DNA from: Paraspadella gotoi
Lineage: Eukaryota > Animalia > Chaetognatha
Assembly: GCA_051294375.1 (NCBI GenBank)
Contig: CM119271.1
Location: 9,501,308-9,565,307 of the forward strand
Reading direction: 5' to 3'
Length of the DNA stretch: 64,000 bases
The stretch's first letter is position 1; each line of letters starts with the position of its first letter. This document shows positions 14,401 through 36,886 of the stretch, one piece after another. A program made the translations under genes and the position numbers. The notes under the pieces were generated by a model that worked only from the letters and a program-made list of their open reading frames with translations, was not told where the DNA came from and searched no databases.

Positions 14401-17400
14401 ATGGTTAAGTTAAAATACCAATAAATAACGGTATTGACCACTATTGCTTGCTCTTTATATTATTCATAAACATTATCAGTAGAAGACAGCAAAAAACAAT
14501 GCGAGATTTCTACCACTAACATAAGGTCAACAATAAATAATAATATTGATGCCCCCCGTTAGAGTGGTGCATCGCGGGATGTGGAAATTCAAAATTTCCA
14601 ACCAAGAATCTTGGCTGCCCCATTGTATTCAAGATTGATGGCGGTGATAACCAATGATCGATGTGATTGATAACGAAGAACGGGCGGAGGACAAACCGAA
14701 GGCTCCCAACTTGACGGCCGTTGTGAGAAAGCTGCGGGACGTTCATTGCGTTTAATGAACGGTCGCGGCTGAGACGGCGGCTGCCGTCGCCTGCAGCTGC
14801 GCCAAAGAAAGAGGGCGTGGTAGACGGGCGACGTTCCTGTTGCCCTTCAGTTTATTTGGAGTAAGATGGGAGGCGGGAGTTAAAGAGTGGGCGTTGAAGC
14901 TATATAATAATTATTATAATATAATTATTTAATAATTAAATATTTTTATAATTATATTCATACAAATTGTTTTAATTTATTTTAATTTCATCGTTTGAAT
15001 CCTGTTCAAAAATATTTATTTAAATTTTAATATAATAAAGTTTAATTTTCCCTAGTTCAAAAGGAGGGTCCGTAAAGAAAAGTAAGGCGTTAAATTTCGT
15101 ATTTGGGGACAATTTTTTCCAACTTTACCTTGCCCCCCATACTCCTGTAAGTCCACGGAAGACCGGGGGATGTTTCTCTCAAAATTTCGTTCAAAATTTC
15201 ATAACGCCGTTGTCCCACATGTCGGTGGGATTAGACTGCTGAAAATTAAATAAATATTGAAGAATTATTAATTGTTTAATCCGCTCGATGCTTTTGGTCT
15301 CAAGATTGGGGGAAAAAAAACGTTAGCCTTTTGTTCATCGGTCGGTCCTCCGCTCTCTGATGCCATAGCTTTAAAACTCAACGTTTGTTTAATTCATTCA
15401 ATAACTTTACAATCCGGCGCAAACACACTCGAGTACGAAGCAAGGCTTGACAAACATCAAATACCTGGGGCTGATTTGGTAATTTCGTTCTTTCTGAATT
15501 TCTGCACCAAAGTGTGAATCCTGGTCTTGCATTTTGCTCCAGGTTTCGGCTGTGCCCTTGAGCGCCCTCTGATGAAGCGACCTGGTAAACGAAAGAATCC
15601 AGAATGAAAAAAAAAACAAAACGACATCGACAGATTTCGCACTAAGACATGTTTCTCTCAACTCTCAACTACGAAAGCAGGTTTTCAGTGCATAAAATTA
15701 ATATTTTTCCTGTCATATATTGATTAATATTATCGTTTTCAATTCTGGTATAGTTTTCGCTACTCCCGGTAAACTGTTTTTTTTTTTATAAATCGATGTA
15801 CATATGCTAAGAAAATTAACCTATAAATTACCAGCAATCACAATATACTATTTTAAACCGACAGACTTTAACGAACAAAATTTAACTCGAACCGCGCGTG
15901 ACTCATCGAATCTCAGCCTCCGCAACAAAGAAGAGAAGTAAATTCCAGTTCAAACTAGGTTCGACGACGTCCGAAAAAAAAAAGAAAAAAAAGAAAAAAA
16001 GAAAGAAAGCGGGAGTCATGAAAATTGGGTTTGAAGCGAAACACGAATCCAGTTGGGTTCGGCTTTTTTTCTCTTCGAATTTTGACCCGAGAAATCATCC
16101 GCTAGAGTCTACCATCCAATTTAACCATCCACATCAGTCTTCACTATATTGCTCCGAAAAAAAAAACTCAATCAATTAGAACGATAAATTTAAGTGAGCT
16201 CGATTTTAAAAAAGCGTAGGAAAAAAAAGGAATTTAAAGACTAAAAAAACTTGAACAAGGGAACTTGTGTCATTGTCATTTTTCATTGTCACATTTCAGA
16301 AGAAAAAAAAAGATCAGGGACTTTGTATTATTCTATTGACTTCAAAGTATAAATAGGGTTGGATTATCCACACACAGAAGGTTCAGTTCCATCCCGAGAA
16401 GCAAAAACGCGAGAAAAGTAGCGGATGTGAACCAGAAAAACCTTTTTCCCTCCGACATTTTTTTTTTATTTTTTAGAAGAACAACATAAAAAAATTTAAT
16501 TTTCTTTGTAGCATTAACCTCATTAATAAGTTAAATTTTAAAAATTAATAGTTTTCAAACGTTTAAAAACTCCTCTCTAAATTAAATTTTTCCTGACAAA
16601 GATTTAAAAGAAATCAAGATTTTAAGAAACCTATAGAAATAAGAACACTATTCTAACACGTAATTTTAAATGATAATTATCATAATTATTATTGTTTTAT
16701 GATAATATATTTCACGCTAATGACACGCAAACAACTTTCCAACGCCACACAAACAACAAAATACTAATATATATCTTACATGTTCCAGGTCGGGCCTGTT
16801 CGTGCGCGCACCTGGATCGCCTGCAGATTGTCGCGCCAGAGATAAAGGAGATCGATTGTCTCTTCGTTTCCCCAGGCGGCGCAGCGCTGATCGTAGATGG
16901 AGGTGTAGTCGTTGCGTCCGTGAGAGGACGCGCCCAACTATAAGGGGAAAATATGGTAAAAACAAAAGGCCATCGAATGAGATTATAGTGATATGTTTTA
17001 TTGCAAAACTAGATGTATTAAAATTGTACCTAGTTTAAACCTGAATTTGTTTATGACTTCGTACCGAATGATAAAACATAACTTTTTTTGTTTGTTTACA
17101 CGAATGGCCTCTATGCAAAAGAATTGTTAGTACAAAATGCTTATGGTAAAAAGACAGGACTCTTTTTTTTTCAGCTCTGACATTTGTGATCGTCCTCCGT
17201 AGATATGACTAACGTCGGCTTCGTAGTAGATCTTTCTGACTTTTTGACTTTGTATTTTTTCTAAGTATAAAAAAACGGGACGATGATTCAGGACATGAGA
17301 GATATAAAGAGAACTGACCTTGGTAAGTCGTCTCTCTTAAAAAAATTATATTGCTTGCGGTAAAAAATGGTCGAGGTACTGTTCATATGAATACAGTTAC

Positions 17401-17686
17401 GTCATCGTTATCCTCTTTATCAAAAGGATTGTAATTTGGGATTTTTTTAAATGTTTAAAACGTTTTCATTCGTCTTGCTAAAAATGTTCGTTTTATAAAA
17501 GCGGTTTTGTTGTTCTTGTTGTTAAGGATTGTTTAATGTTTTCTACTTTCCTTTTATTCCTTTTAAAGTCTGCCACAGCCGCGCGTTTCTTCATAACCTC
17601 ACCTTTCCCTTACCCCGTCTTCTCCAACTTAACCTGCGGTGACTCGTCGACGTTGGTCCAGTCGAATTGAAAGGTGGGGGAGACAT
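8390..17686 (-). CDS. Myb/SANT-like (trihelix, Myb_DNA-bind_4-type) DNA-binding protein, spliced, copy 1
   Basis: ATG at 17686. Exons 16937-16780 and 15581-15465 encode WGNEETIDLLYLWRDNLQAIQ..WEH / ..ALKGHSR..CKTRIHTLVQKFRK. Further GC-rich exons lie near 14850-14700, 13560-13470, 12830-12680, 12470-11790, 10675-10515, 10015-9685, 9352-9230 (coiled-coil-like), 8975-8860, 8780-8717 and 8583-8400. Indel noise makes the 3' end approximate. Confidence 0.75.
13170..13410 (+). mobile_element. tRNA-derived SINE-like repeat, same family
   Basis: Collinear with 37514-37748 from ATATGGTGGACTAAAATCCACC to ATTACTGTCTCTTC. Confidence 0.75.
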
Positions 17687-18203
17687 CTTGGCCAGGATTC
17701 TGTGATGACGATCGTCGCTGGAGGGGGAAAAGAAAAAGGAACATATTGTTTGTAATAATGATTAATATATATTATCATTAATATATATTATCGTTTCAAT
17801 AATTCGATATATGTTCGTTCACGGAAAAAAATATTTAATGTAAAAAAAAAAAAAACTTTGTTATACTTTGTCGCGCTGATCCGGATACTTGTTTAACTTT
17901 TTTTTTTTATTTACCAAATATCGATTTTTTTTCGTTCAGCTCACGAGTATACAAATTACATATCGTATTATCTGCTCATTAAAACAAAAATATTACGTCC
18001 ATCTCATATAAACGGACTGAGGAGGGGCGGATATATATATTTAATATTTATATATAAACTGCAACAACTTTTCAAAAAAATTAATTTCGCGGTTAATGTT
18101 GAATTTTTTTTTCTTTCTAAAAAAAAAACCCACTAAACTGAAAAAAGAGACACGAGATTCCTTTGCGTGTTGGAGAGAAGAGAGAGAGAGAGAGAGAGAG
18201 AGC

Positions 18204-18238
<35 letters not shown>

Positions 18239-18524
18239 GAGAGAGAGAGAGTGAGAGAGACAGAGGGAGAGAGAGAGAGAGACACTACCCCCTCCGAAAT
18301 TTTCTTTTTTTTTTTTCCTTTCTTCTTCCCTTTCCTCCTTTATTCTCCAAAGTCAAACCCACGTGTTCGACCGCAACTAATGACGCAATGACTATGACCC
18401 ATCTTTGCTTATTTTTTAAGTGTGCGTGTGAGTGTGCGGGGAAATGTGGGAGGCAAAAAAATTCATAGTCGAAGAGATTTTGTTAAACGCGTCTTCCCGA
18501 TCTTTTCAATTCTCCGATTCGAGA

Positions 18525-18603
<79 letters not shown>

Positions 18604-19473
18604 AACAACTGCAATCGGACCGAGTCTCGCGCTGAACGTGAGAGGTTTAACCGCCCCCTTTCCTCTTCCCCGCACCCTTCCCCCCCCACCACGACCACTC
18701 CCTCTTCCGGTCGCAGCGACCACCGGCAGAAAATAATGGCCTATATTTGTCCACCGCTTTCTCACGACGATTTTTATGCTTCTTGTACATCTGCTCAATT
18801 TCATTCTCTTGTGGCGGTATATCTTCAACCGCCCACATCCATCCACGATCAGCCAAATCCCATTGGCTCAGAGGGGGAACAAACCATCCCTAAGGCTGCC
18901 TTTCATCACAGTCCTAACGATTCCCTCTGCGTTGGCAACGCGATGCCGTCCTAGGGTAAACCGCGCCAGTGACAGAGGCGCCACTGAGGGTCGGAAGCCC
19001 CTAAACCAACGTGAGATGCCCCATCCCAGTGGGCATCAACAAGCTGTTCTGGCTCTTGCCATAGTCCCTTGGTTCTCCCCCCCACTTATTTTTTCTCCTC
19101 GCAGAACGGAGTTTCGTTTTCCCTTATCTGTAACCAACTTTATCTCTCTTTTCGTTTACCCTCATCTCTCTGTTTCCTCCACCCATCACCACATTGGTGC
19201 TTTTTGTACAACATTCTACAATTCCCCCTTTCATCTTTCTGTTTTTAATTTTCCTCCCATCTGTATCTATCTTTTCGGCCCATCTCTATCTCCACCCCCA
19301 TCTCCAAACACCATCTCCAACTTCCTAAATCCATCTGTGCCCAATCCGTTTCACCGATAGCATTTAAAAAATTTTGTTTTGTAAAATTTTACTTTCTCCG
19401 ACTGGGAGTTTTGGCTCCTTTTTAGAAATAAATATTTTTTAAAAAATGTTTTATATAATTGCCCTAGTTTCTA

Positions 19474-19540
19474 ACCCCCCTAAACTAAACTACCCTAAAC
19501 CACCCTAAAACCGCTCACCGCCCTAAACCCTTCGCTAAAG
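19474..19540 (+). repeat. Degenerate telomere-like (CCCTAAA)n patch; mirrors at ~21695-21765 and ~23762-23805
   Basis: CCCTAAAC recurs several times among variant units. Confidence 0.55.
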
Positions 19541-20364
19541 TAAAAATCTGCTTTTTTTTTCGGGGAAACTCAATCCTACTAAAGGCCATCCTTATTCGCC
19601 TCTTGATTTCAACGCGACTTCGTTTCATTTTTCCGAATTTAAAAAAAAAGAAAGTCACACACAAAAAAATATCTGTCGCGGCATGTTTTTATCTTCTTTT
19701 TTTTTCTTTTATGAAAAACAATGTCAGTTTATTGTCTCTTTTAATCATTCTAAACAGGTTTTAATTCAGTCGATCGCGTAGTCCGTGTTTTTTTTCTTCG
19801 AGGATTTTCGAAATGTTTTTTTATTGTTTTTTTTTTCTCTCTCGCTAAAACCGGAGTTTTCGGACCGGGCGGTTTTTTTTTCGCGTTTTATTCCTTCTTC
19901 GTGGTTTTGTATTTTTTGTTTTCTTAAATCCGATCTGATTTGAATTAAGAATTTAAACAAAATAACCGAAGGTGATTAGGAATTTTTCTAAAGAACAGGT
20001 GTTTTTTTTTTGTTTTTTTTTTACTTCTTTTCCAAAAGTTTCTAACTCCGCAATAAAAACAATTAAACCTGAGGTTTAAGAAAAAAAAAAATTTAAACCG
20101 ATGAGGATGAACATCCGCGCTTTAGGCTGAAAAATAAAATCCTATAGAAGAGAATGAAAATTCTACGAAAAATCAGTTTGAACATAAAACATAAGCCGAC
20201 GATGACGAAAGACGAACGATGAAGACGACGTACGACGACGACGACGAGAAGGACGGCCATCCAAGTGTTCTTTTTTCTTTCTTTTTACTTCTTTTTCTTT
20301 CCGTCCACCAAATCCTGCGCTGGTAAGGCGGTTTTGTCCTTCCCCCAGATCTTCCGCAACGAGC

Positions 20365-20400
<36 letters not shown>

Positions 20401-22640
20401 GAGAGACGAGAGAGAGAAAAGAAAGAAAGAAGAGAAAGAAAGAAACAGAAAGAAAGAAAAAAGAAAGAAAGAAAGAAAGAAAGAAGAAAGGAAAGAAAAG
20501 AAAAGAAAGAAAGAAAGAAGAAAGAAAGAAGGAGAGGAGAGAATCGGGAGAGAGAGAGAGAAATATCAACCTACGTAGACAAAGAGAGTGGTTGCTCGCC
20601 GACGACACGCACGAACGACGACGAACGACGACGACGACGCTGACGAAAGCGAGTTTCGCCGAAAAACTAAAAAAAAACCCGAGGAGAACGAGGGAGAGCG
20701 GAGGTGAGTCGAGATCAAAACTGGATTCGATCCCGGACCTTCCCCACGCGGCGGCTGAGGGCGGCTGGGGGCTGTTGCAGCCGCCAAGCGTTCGACGAAG
20801 TCGGATTGGCCGCGTTGGTCCGGTCGGACCGACGACGTAGAAGCCGAAGAACCGCTGAGAACGCTGCCGCCGCCGCCGCGCGCGCTGACTCCGGAAATTG
20901 GGGAAGGACAAAACCGCCTTACTCAGCTCAGGATTTGGTGGACGGAAAGAAAGAAAGAAGTAAAAAGAAAGAAAAAAGAAAACTTGGATGTCGTCTTCGT
21001 CGTCGTCGTCGTCGTCGTCGTCGTCTTCGTCGTCGGCTTTATTTTTATTTCAAACTGATTTTTCGTAGAATTTTCATTCTCTTCTATAGGATTTTATTTT
21101 TCAAGCCTAAACGCGGATGTTCATCCCGTCATCGGTTTTAAATTTTTTTTTCTTCTTAACCTCAGGTTAATTTTTTTTATTTGCGGGTTAAACTTTTGAA
21201 AAAGAAGTAAAAAAAAAAAAAAACAAAAAAAAACACCTGTTCTTTCGAAAAATTCCTAATCACCTTCGTTATTTTGTTTAAATTCTTAATTCAAATCAGA
21301 TTCGGATTAAAAAACAAAAAATACAAAACCACGAAGAAGGAATAAAAACCGAAAAAAAAACCGCCCGGTCCGAAAACTCGGTTTTAGCGAGAGAGAAAAA
21401 AAAACAATAAAAAAACATTTCGAAAAATCCTCGAAGAAAAAAAACACGGACTACGCATCGAACTGAATTAAAACTGTTTAGAAATTAAAAGAGACAATAA
21501 ACTGACAGTTTTTCAACAAAAAGGAACAAAAAAAAGAAGATAAAAACCCGGACAGATATTTGTTTTGTGTGTGACTTTCTTTTTTTTAAATTTCGGAAAA
21601 ATGAACGAAGTCGCGTTGAATCAAGAGCGACATAGGATGCCTTTAGGTAGGATTGAGTTTCCCCGAAAAAAAGGGCAGATTTTTACTTTAGCCGACAGGG
21701 GTTAGGGGGGGTTGAGGGTTTAGGGTGGTTTAGGGGTAGTTTAGTATTAGGGGGGGGTTTAGAACTAGGGCAATTATATAAAACATTTTTTAAAAAAATA
21801 TTTATTTCTAAAAAGGAGCCAAAACTCCCAGTCGGAGAAAGTAAAATTTTACAAAACAAAATCTTTTAAATGCTATCGGTGAAACGGATTGGGGCAGAGA
21901 TGGATTTAGGAAGTTGGAGATGGTGTTTGGAGATGGTGGGTGGAGATAGAGATGGGCCGAAAAGATAGATACAGATGGGGGAGGAAAATTAAAAACAGAT
22001 AAGATGAAAGGGGGAATTGTAGAATGTTGTACAAAAAGCACCAATGTGGGTGATGGGTGGAGGAAACAGAGAGATGAGGGTAAACGAAAAGAGAGATAAA
22101 GTTGGTTACAGATAAGGGAAAACGAAATACCGTTCTGCGAGGAGAAAAAATATAGTGGGGGGGAGACCAAGGGACTATGGCAAGAGCCAGACAGCTTGTT
22201 GATGCCCACTGGGATGGGGCATCTCACTGTTGCGTTTAGGGGCTTCCGACCCTCAGTGGCGCCTCCTGTCACTGGCCGGTTTACCCTAGGACGGCTATCC
22301 GTTGCCAACGCAGAGGGAAAGTCGTTAGGACTGTGGATAAAGGCAGCCTTAGGGATGGTTTGTTCCCCCTCTGAGCCATGGGATTTGGCTGATCGTGGAT
22401 GGATGTGGGGCGGATGTGATATTACCGCCACAAGAGAAGAAATGATCGAGCAGATGTACAAGAAGCATAAAAATCGTCGTGAGAAAGCGGGGACAAATAT
22501 AGGCCATTATTTTCTGCCGGTGGTCGCTGCGACCGGAAGAGGGAGTGGTCGTGGTGGGGGGGGAAGGGTGGCGGGAAGAGGAAAGGGGGCGGTTTAAACC
22601 TCTCACGTTCAGCGGAGGACTCGGTCCGATTGCAGTTGTT

Positions 22641-22741
<101 letters not shown>

Positions 22742-24683
22742 CGGAGAATTGAAAAGATCGGGGAAGACGCGTTTAACAAAATCTCTTCGACTATTGAATT
22801 TTTTTGCCTCCCCAATTTCCCCCGCACATCACACGCACACTTAAAAAATAAGCAAAGATGGGTCATAGTCATCGGTCATAGTTGCGGTCGAACACGTGGG
22901 TTTGACTTTGGAGAATAAAGGAGGAAAGGGAAGAAGAAGTCTAACTGTAGGCTTAGTATTTCTCCTCTCTCTCTCTCCTCTCTCTCTTCTCTCTCTCTCT
23001 CTCTTCTCTTCTCATCTCTCTCTCCTCTCTCTCTCTCTCTCTTCTCTCTTTCTTCTTTCTCTTCTTCTCTTCTTCTTCCTGTTCTTCTTCTTCTTTCTTT
23101 CTTTCTTTCTTTCTTTTCTTTCTTTTCTTTCTTCTTCTGTCTCTTCTTTCTTTTCTTCCTCTCTCTTCTCTTTCTCTTTCTCTCTCTCTCTCTCCTCTCG
23201 TGCGGAAATTGGGGAAGGCACAAAACCGCCTTACTCAGCGCAGGATTTGGGTGACGGCAAAGAACATAGAAGAAGTAAAAAGAAAGAAAAAAGAACAAAC
23301 TTGGATGGCCGTCTTTACGCGTCGTCGTTCGTCGCTCTCGTTCGCTTTCGTCATCTCGGCTTATGTTTTTTTAACGATTTCTAATTTTATCTTTCTGGAA
23401 TTTTCCACTAAAGGAGTTCTTCTCGGTTATTTTATTTTCTATCAGGTAATTTTTATTTCGAGATTAAGTAAAAACAAAACCCGTCTTTGAATTCTATACC
23501 GTTGTATCTATTATCAATCGATTAGATCAAAACGAAAGGATAAACAAAAAAAACGCCCGGTCCGAAACCCTTAGCAGAGAAAAAATAAAAACATTGCTGG
23601 AAAAAACACGGATAGATGAACTGAATTAACGTTTTAATAAAAACAATAACTCGTTTATCAAAGAAAATACCCAGTTTGTGTGTGACCTTTTAAATTCGAA
23701 TGACGATCGTTATCAACCTAGAGCCTTTATAGATTAATTTCCAAGCGATTTTACTTACGACAGTTAGGGGAGGTTTAGAGGTTAGGGTATTTATTTGGGG
23801 TTAGAACTAGGCAATTATATAAAACATTTTTTAAAAAAATATTTATTTCTAAAAAGGAGCCAAAACTCCCAGTCGGAGAAAGTAAAAATTTTACAAAACA
23901 AAATTTTTTAAATGCTATCGGTGAAACGATTGGGGCAGAGATGGATTTAGGAAGTTGGAGATGGTGTTTGGAGATGTGGGGTGGAGATAGAGATGGGCCG
24001 AAAAGATAGATACAGATGGGGGAGGAAAATTAAAAACAGAAAGATGAAAGGGGGAATTGAAGAATGTTGTACAAAAAGCACCAATGTGAGGTGATGGGTG
24101 GAGGAAACAGAGAGATGAGGGTAAACGAAAAGAGAGATAAAGTGCGTTACAGATAAGGGAAAACAAATACCGTTCTGCGAGGAGAAAAATATAGTGGGGG
24201 GGAGAACCAAGGGGACTATGGCAAGAGCCAGACAGCTTGTGATGCCCACTGGGATGGGGCATCTCACCTGTTGCGTTTAGGGGCTTCCGACCCTCAGTGG
24301 CGCTCCTGTCACTGGCCGGTTTACCCTAGGACGGCATCCGTTGCCAACGCAGAGGGAAGTCGTTAGGACTGTGGATGAAAGGCAGCCTTAGGGATGGTTT
24401 GTTCCCCCTCTGAGCCAATGGGATTGGCTGATCGTGGATGGATGTGGGGCGGTGTGAATATACCGCCACAAGAGAATGAAATTGAGCAGATGTACAAGAA
24501 GCATAAAAATCGTTCGTGAGAAAGCGGGGACAAATATAGGCCATTATTTTCTGCCGGTGGTCGCTTGCGACCGGAAGAGGGAGTGGTCGTGGGGGGGGGG
24601 AAGGGTGGCGGGAAGAGGAAAGGGGGGGTTTAAACCTCTCACGTTCAGCGCGAGGACTCGGTCCGATTGCAGTTGTTTTGTTT

Positions 24684-24785
<102 letters not shown>

Positions 24786-25048
24786 GATCGGAGAATTGAA
24801 AAGATCGGGGAAGACGCGTTTAACAAAATCTCTTCGACTATGAATTTTTTTGCCTCCCACATTTCCCCCGCACACTCACACGCACCACTTTAAAAATAAG
24901 CAAAGATGGGTCATAGTCATTCGCGTCATAGTGCGGTCGAACCACGTGGGTTTGTACTTTGGAGAATAAAGGAGGAAAGAAGGAAGAAAGGGAAAAAAAA
25001 AAGAAAATTTCGGAGGGGGGTAGTGTCTCTCTCTCTCTCTCTCCCTCT

Positions 25049-25126
<78 letters not shown>

Positions 25127-25161
25127 TTCTCTCCAACACGCAAAGGAATCTCGTTGTCTCT

Positions 25162-25186
25162 NNNNNNNNNNNNNNNNNNNNNNNNN
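25162..25186. other. Assembly gap (25 N); others at 7709-7733 and 47383-47407 (25 N), 3575-3584 and 41441-41450 (10 N)
   Basis: Runs of N. Confidence 1.
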
Positions 25187-25645
25187 TTTTCAGTTTAGTG
25201 GTTTTTTTTTTTAGAAAGAAAAAAAAATTCAACGATAACCGCGAAATTAATTTTTTTGAAAAGTTTGTGCAGTTTATATATAAATATTAAATATATATAT
25301 CCGCCCCCTCCTCAGTGCGTTGATATGAGATGACGTAATATTTTTGTTTTAATAGCAGATAATACGATTATGTAATTTGTATACTCGTGAGCTGACGAAA
25401 AAAAAATCGATATTTGGTAAATAAAAAAAAAAGTTAAACAAGTATCCGGATCAGCGCGACAAAGTATAACAAAGTTTTGTTTTTTTTTTTACATTTAAAT
25501 ATTTTTTTCCGTGACGAACATATTATCGAATTATTTGAAACGATAATATATTTTAATGATAATATATATTAATCATTATTACAACAATATGTTCCCTTTT
25601 TCTTTTCCCCCTCCAGCGACATCGTCTCACAGAATCGTGGCCAAG

Positions 25646-34735
<9,090 letters not shown>

Positions 34736-35448
34736 CCTGATCTTTGGGCAAAGTCTCTCTGTCTCCTTCACATACACCCCCCCCCCTTTCCTTACCTCCA
34801 CGGATTCACACTCTTGACCCGATCGCTTAGTCAACTGCAACAACAACAACAACCACAACGACGACGACAAGATTAAGCCGGATCGATCCGGTTTTATAGA
34901 TTCGACGGCCGCTAATTATTTCCTTATATCGATATCGCATCGATTTACGTTATTATTATTATTAATATTATTAGTACTATTTCTAGAAATGTTTCCGGTT
35001 TTTTTTTCTTTTCTTTTCATTATTTTGCTTCATAGCCAAAATTAAAAATAAAATGAGCAATCTGTTGGTGAGTGCCTCGGTAACTTACCGTGTGAATTCG
35101 AAGGGAAAAAAAGCCGTGAAATATTTATTATTAAATAAATAGCGACTTGGAATTTATCGTCTTGAAATTCTTAGACTTAATTTATTTTTCATTAACCATT
35201 TTTTTTCCTCCTCATTGCGCTATTTCTTTTTTGACTCAAGATCGTTTATAATTTCTTTTTCTTTTTTTGTTTTTTTGTTTTTTTTTTTTGCTCAATACAC
35301 AACAACAAAAAAATTAAAACCGTACGATCTGATCCTTCCGTGATCTTTTATTTATGAGTAGAAATCGTTTCACCTTAGAATTATTTTCTTTTTTTTTTTT
35401 GCCCGTTTTATGTTTTATACACCGTCGCCCATAGTTTTTATTAGCTAG

Positions 35449-35522
<74 letters not shown>

Positions 35523-36886
35523 AATAGTTTATATCCTCTTCCACATTTTCTCCCTCCTCCCCCCCCCTCCACACCCCATTTTGTGCATTTTTTTTAATCC
35601 GCCGATTTTTCTGTTGTAGAGATTTTTCGGCACTACCCCCCCCCTCGATACCCCTGATTTATCACTACACTCCCCCCGACCCCTCTATGAAATTGGTACA
35701 ACCAATATATTTTTTTAATGAGTTCACACATTTTGACGAAAAAAAAAACACAAACTATTTGAAAAAGAAAAAAAATTAAAACACCAGTTTGGGTTCTTCT
35801 TCCCTCAACACGTGTTTTTTTTGTTTTTTTTTATCGCTCTACTTCTCTCGCCGATCTCTCTCGTTTTAAAAACGAAAACATAAACAAAAACAAAGGATTA
35901 AAAAAAAACAACGAAACGAAACGACGTGAAATCAGAATATTTAATCTCGGAAACTCTCGATAAATGCCTCATTAGCGTGTTCCATTTTGCGTAATTAAAA
36001 AAGAAATTGGTATTTTAGCGGAATGGCACGTGCTTATACGCCTCATTGCCTTCCTTTATTCCCTATTCCTTCGGATCAGTTTTTAATATTATTTTTTTTA
36101 TCACTAGTAGGGTGCCTCATATGTTTTATGAGATTACGATTTAACCAGTTTTTTTTTTAAAGTTTAATATAGTATTTCGCTTTCCAGTTTATGTATGTAG
36201 TTTAAAAATGAGATAATTTAGTTTGCGAGTTAATCAACTTTATTAGTTTGACTAGATTTATTTTTCAAATAAATTCATGTTTGTAAAAAGAAAAACCAAT
36301 TCTTAACAGTCGTTTGTAAAAGTCGATGACAGATATTTTTTTCTAACCGGAATTCCCCTTTTTCCCCCCATAAATTTCCCTCTTATTATGTTTATTATAA
36401 TTAGAAAAAGTTTTGCTTTGTTCCATACTACTCATCCATTTGTTTAAGCTATGTTTCACTCCAAAATGCCTTAAGCCTTCGCCAGACTATTTACAGATTC
36501 TTTTCTAGTAAATGTTGAACTCTTGAAAAATCCCCAGCGTTATTTTTTATTCAATTCAAAACAATAGTTAAAAATTTACATTGATTAATGAAATTAAATG
36601 CTAAAATTGAAATAATTTGTTAGTTAACAGTACGCAATAGATAGCTTTTTTTTTAAAACAAATGCGTGACTAGACAACCAGATTTATATGAAATGATTCT
36701 TCATTCCTCATTTTTTTAATTTATTTATTTTTTTTTTTGACGATAAGAAAACAATGGTCAAAAAATAGATAAAGAAATGAAATTAAATGGTGAAATTTAA
36801 GTGATCGTGGTTCATTCCCATTTTGAGTTTTTCTCAAACGGATGAATGAAATGACAGACAGATGCGTGAAATGAAAGTCAACATCT

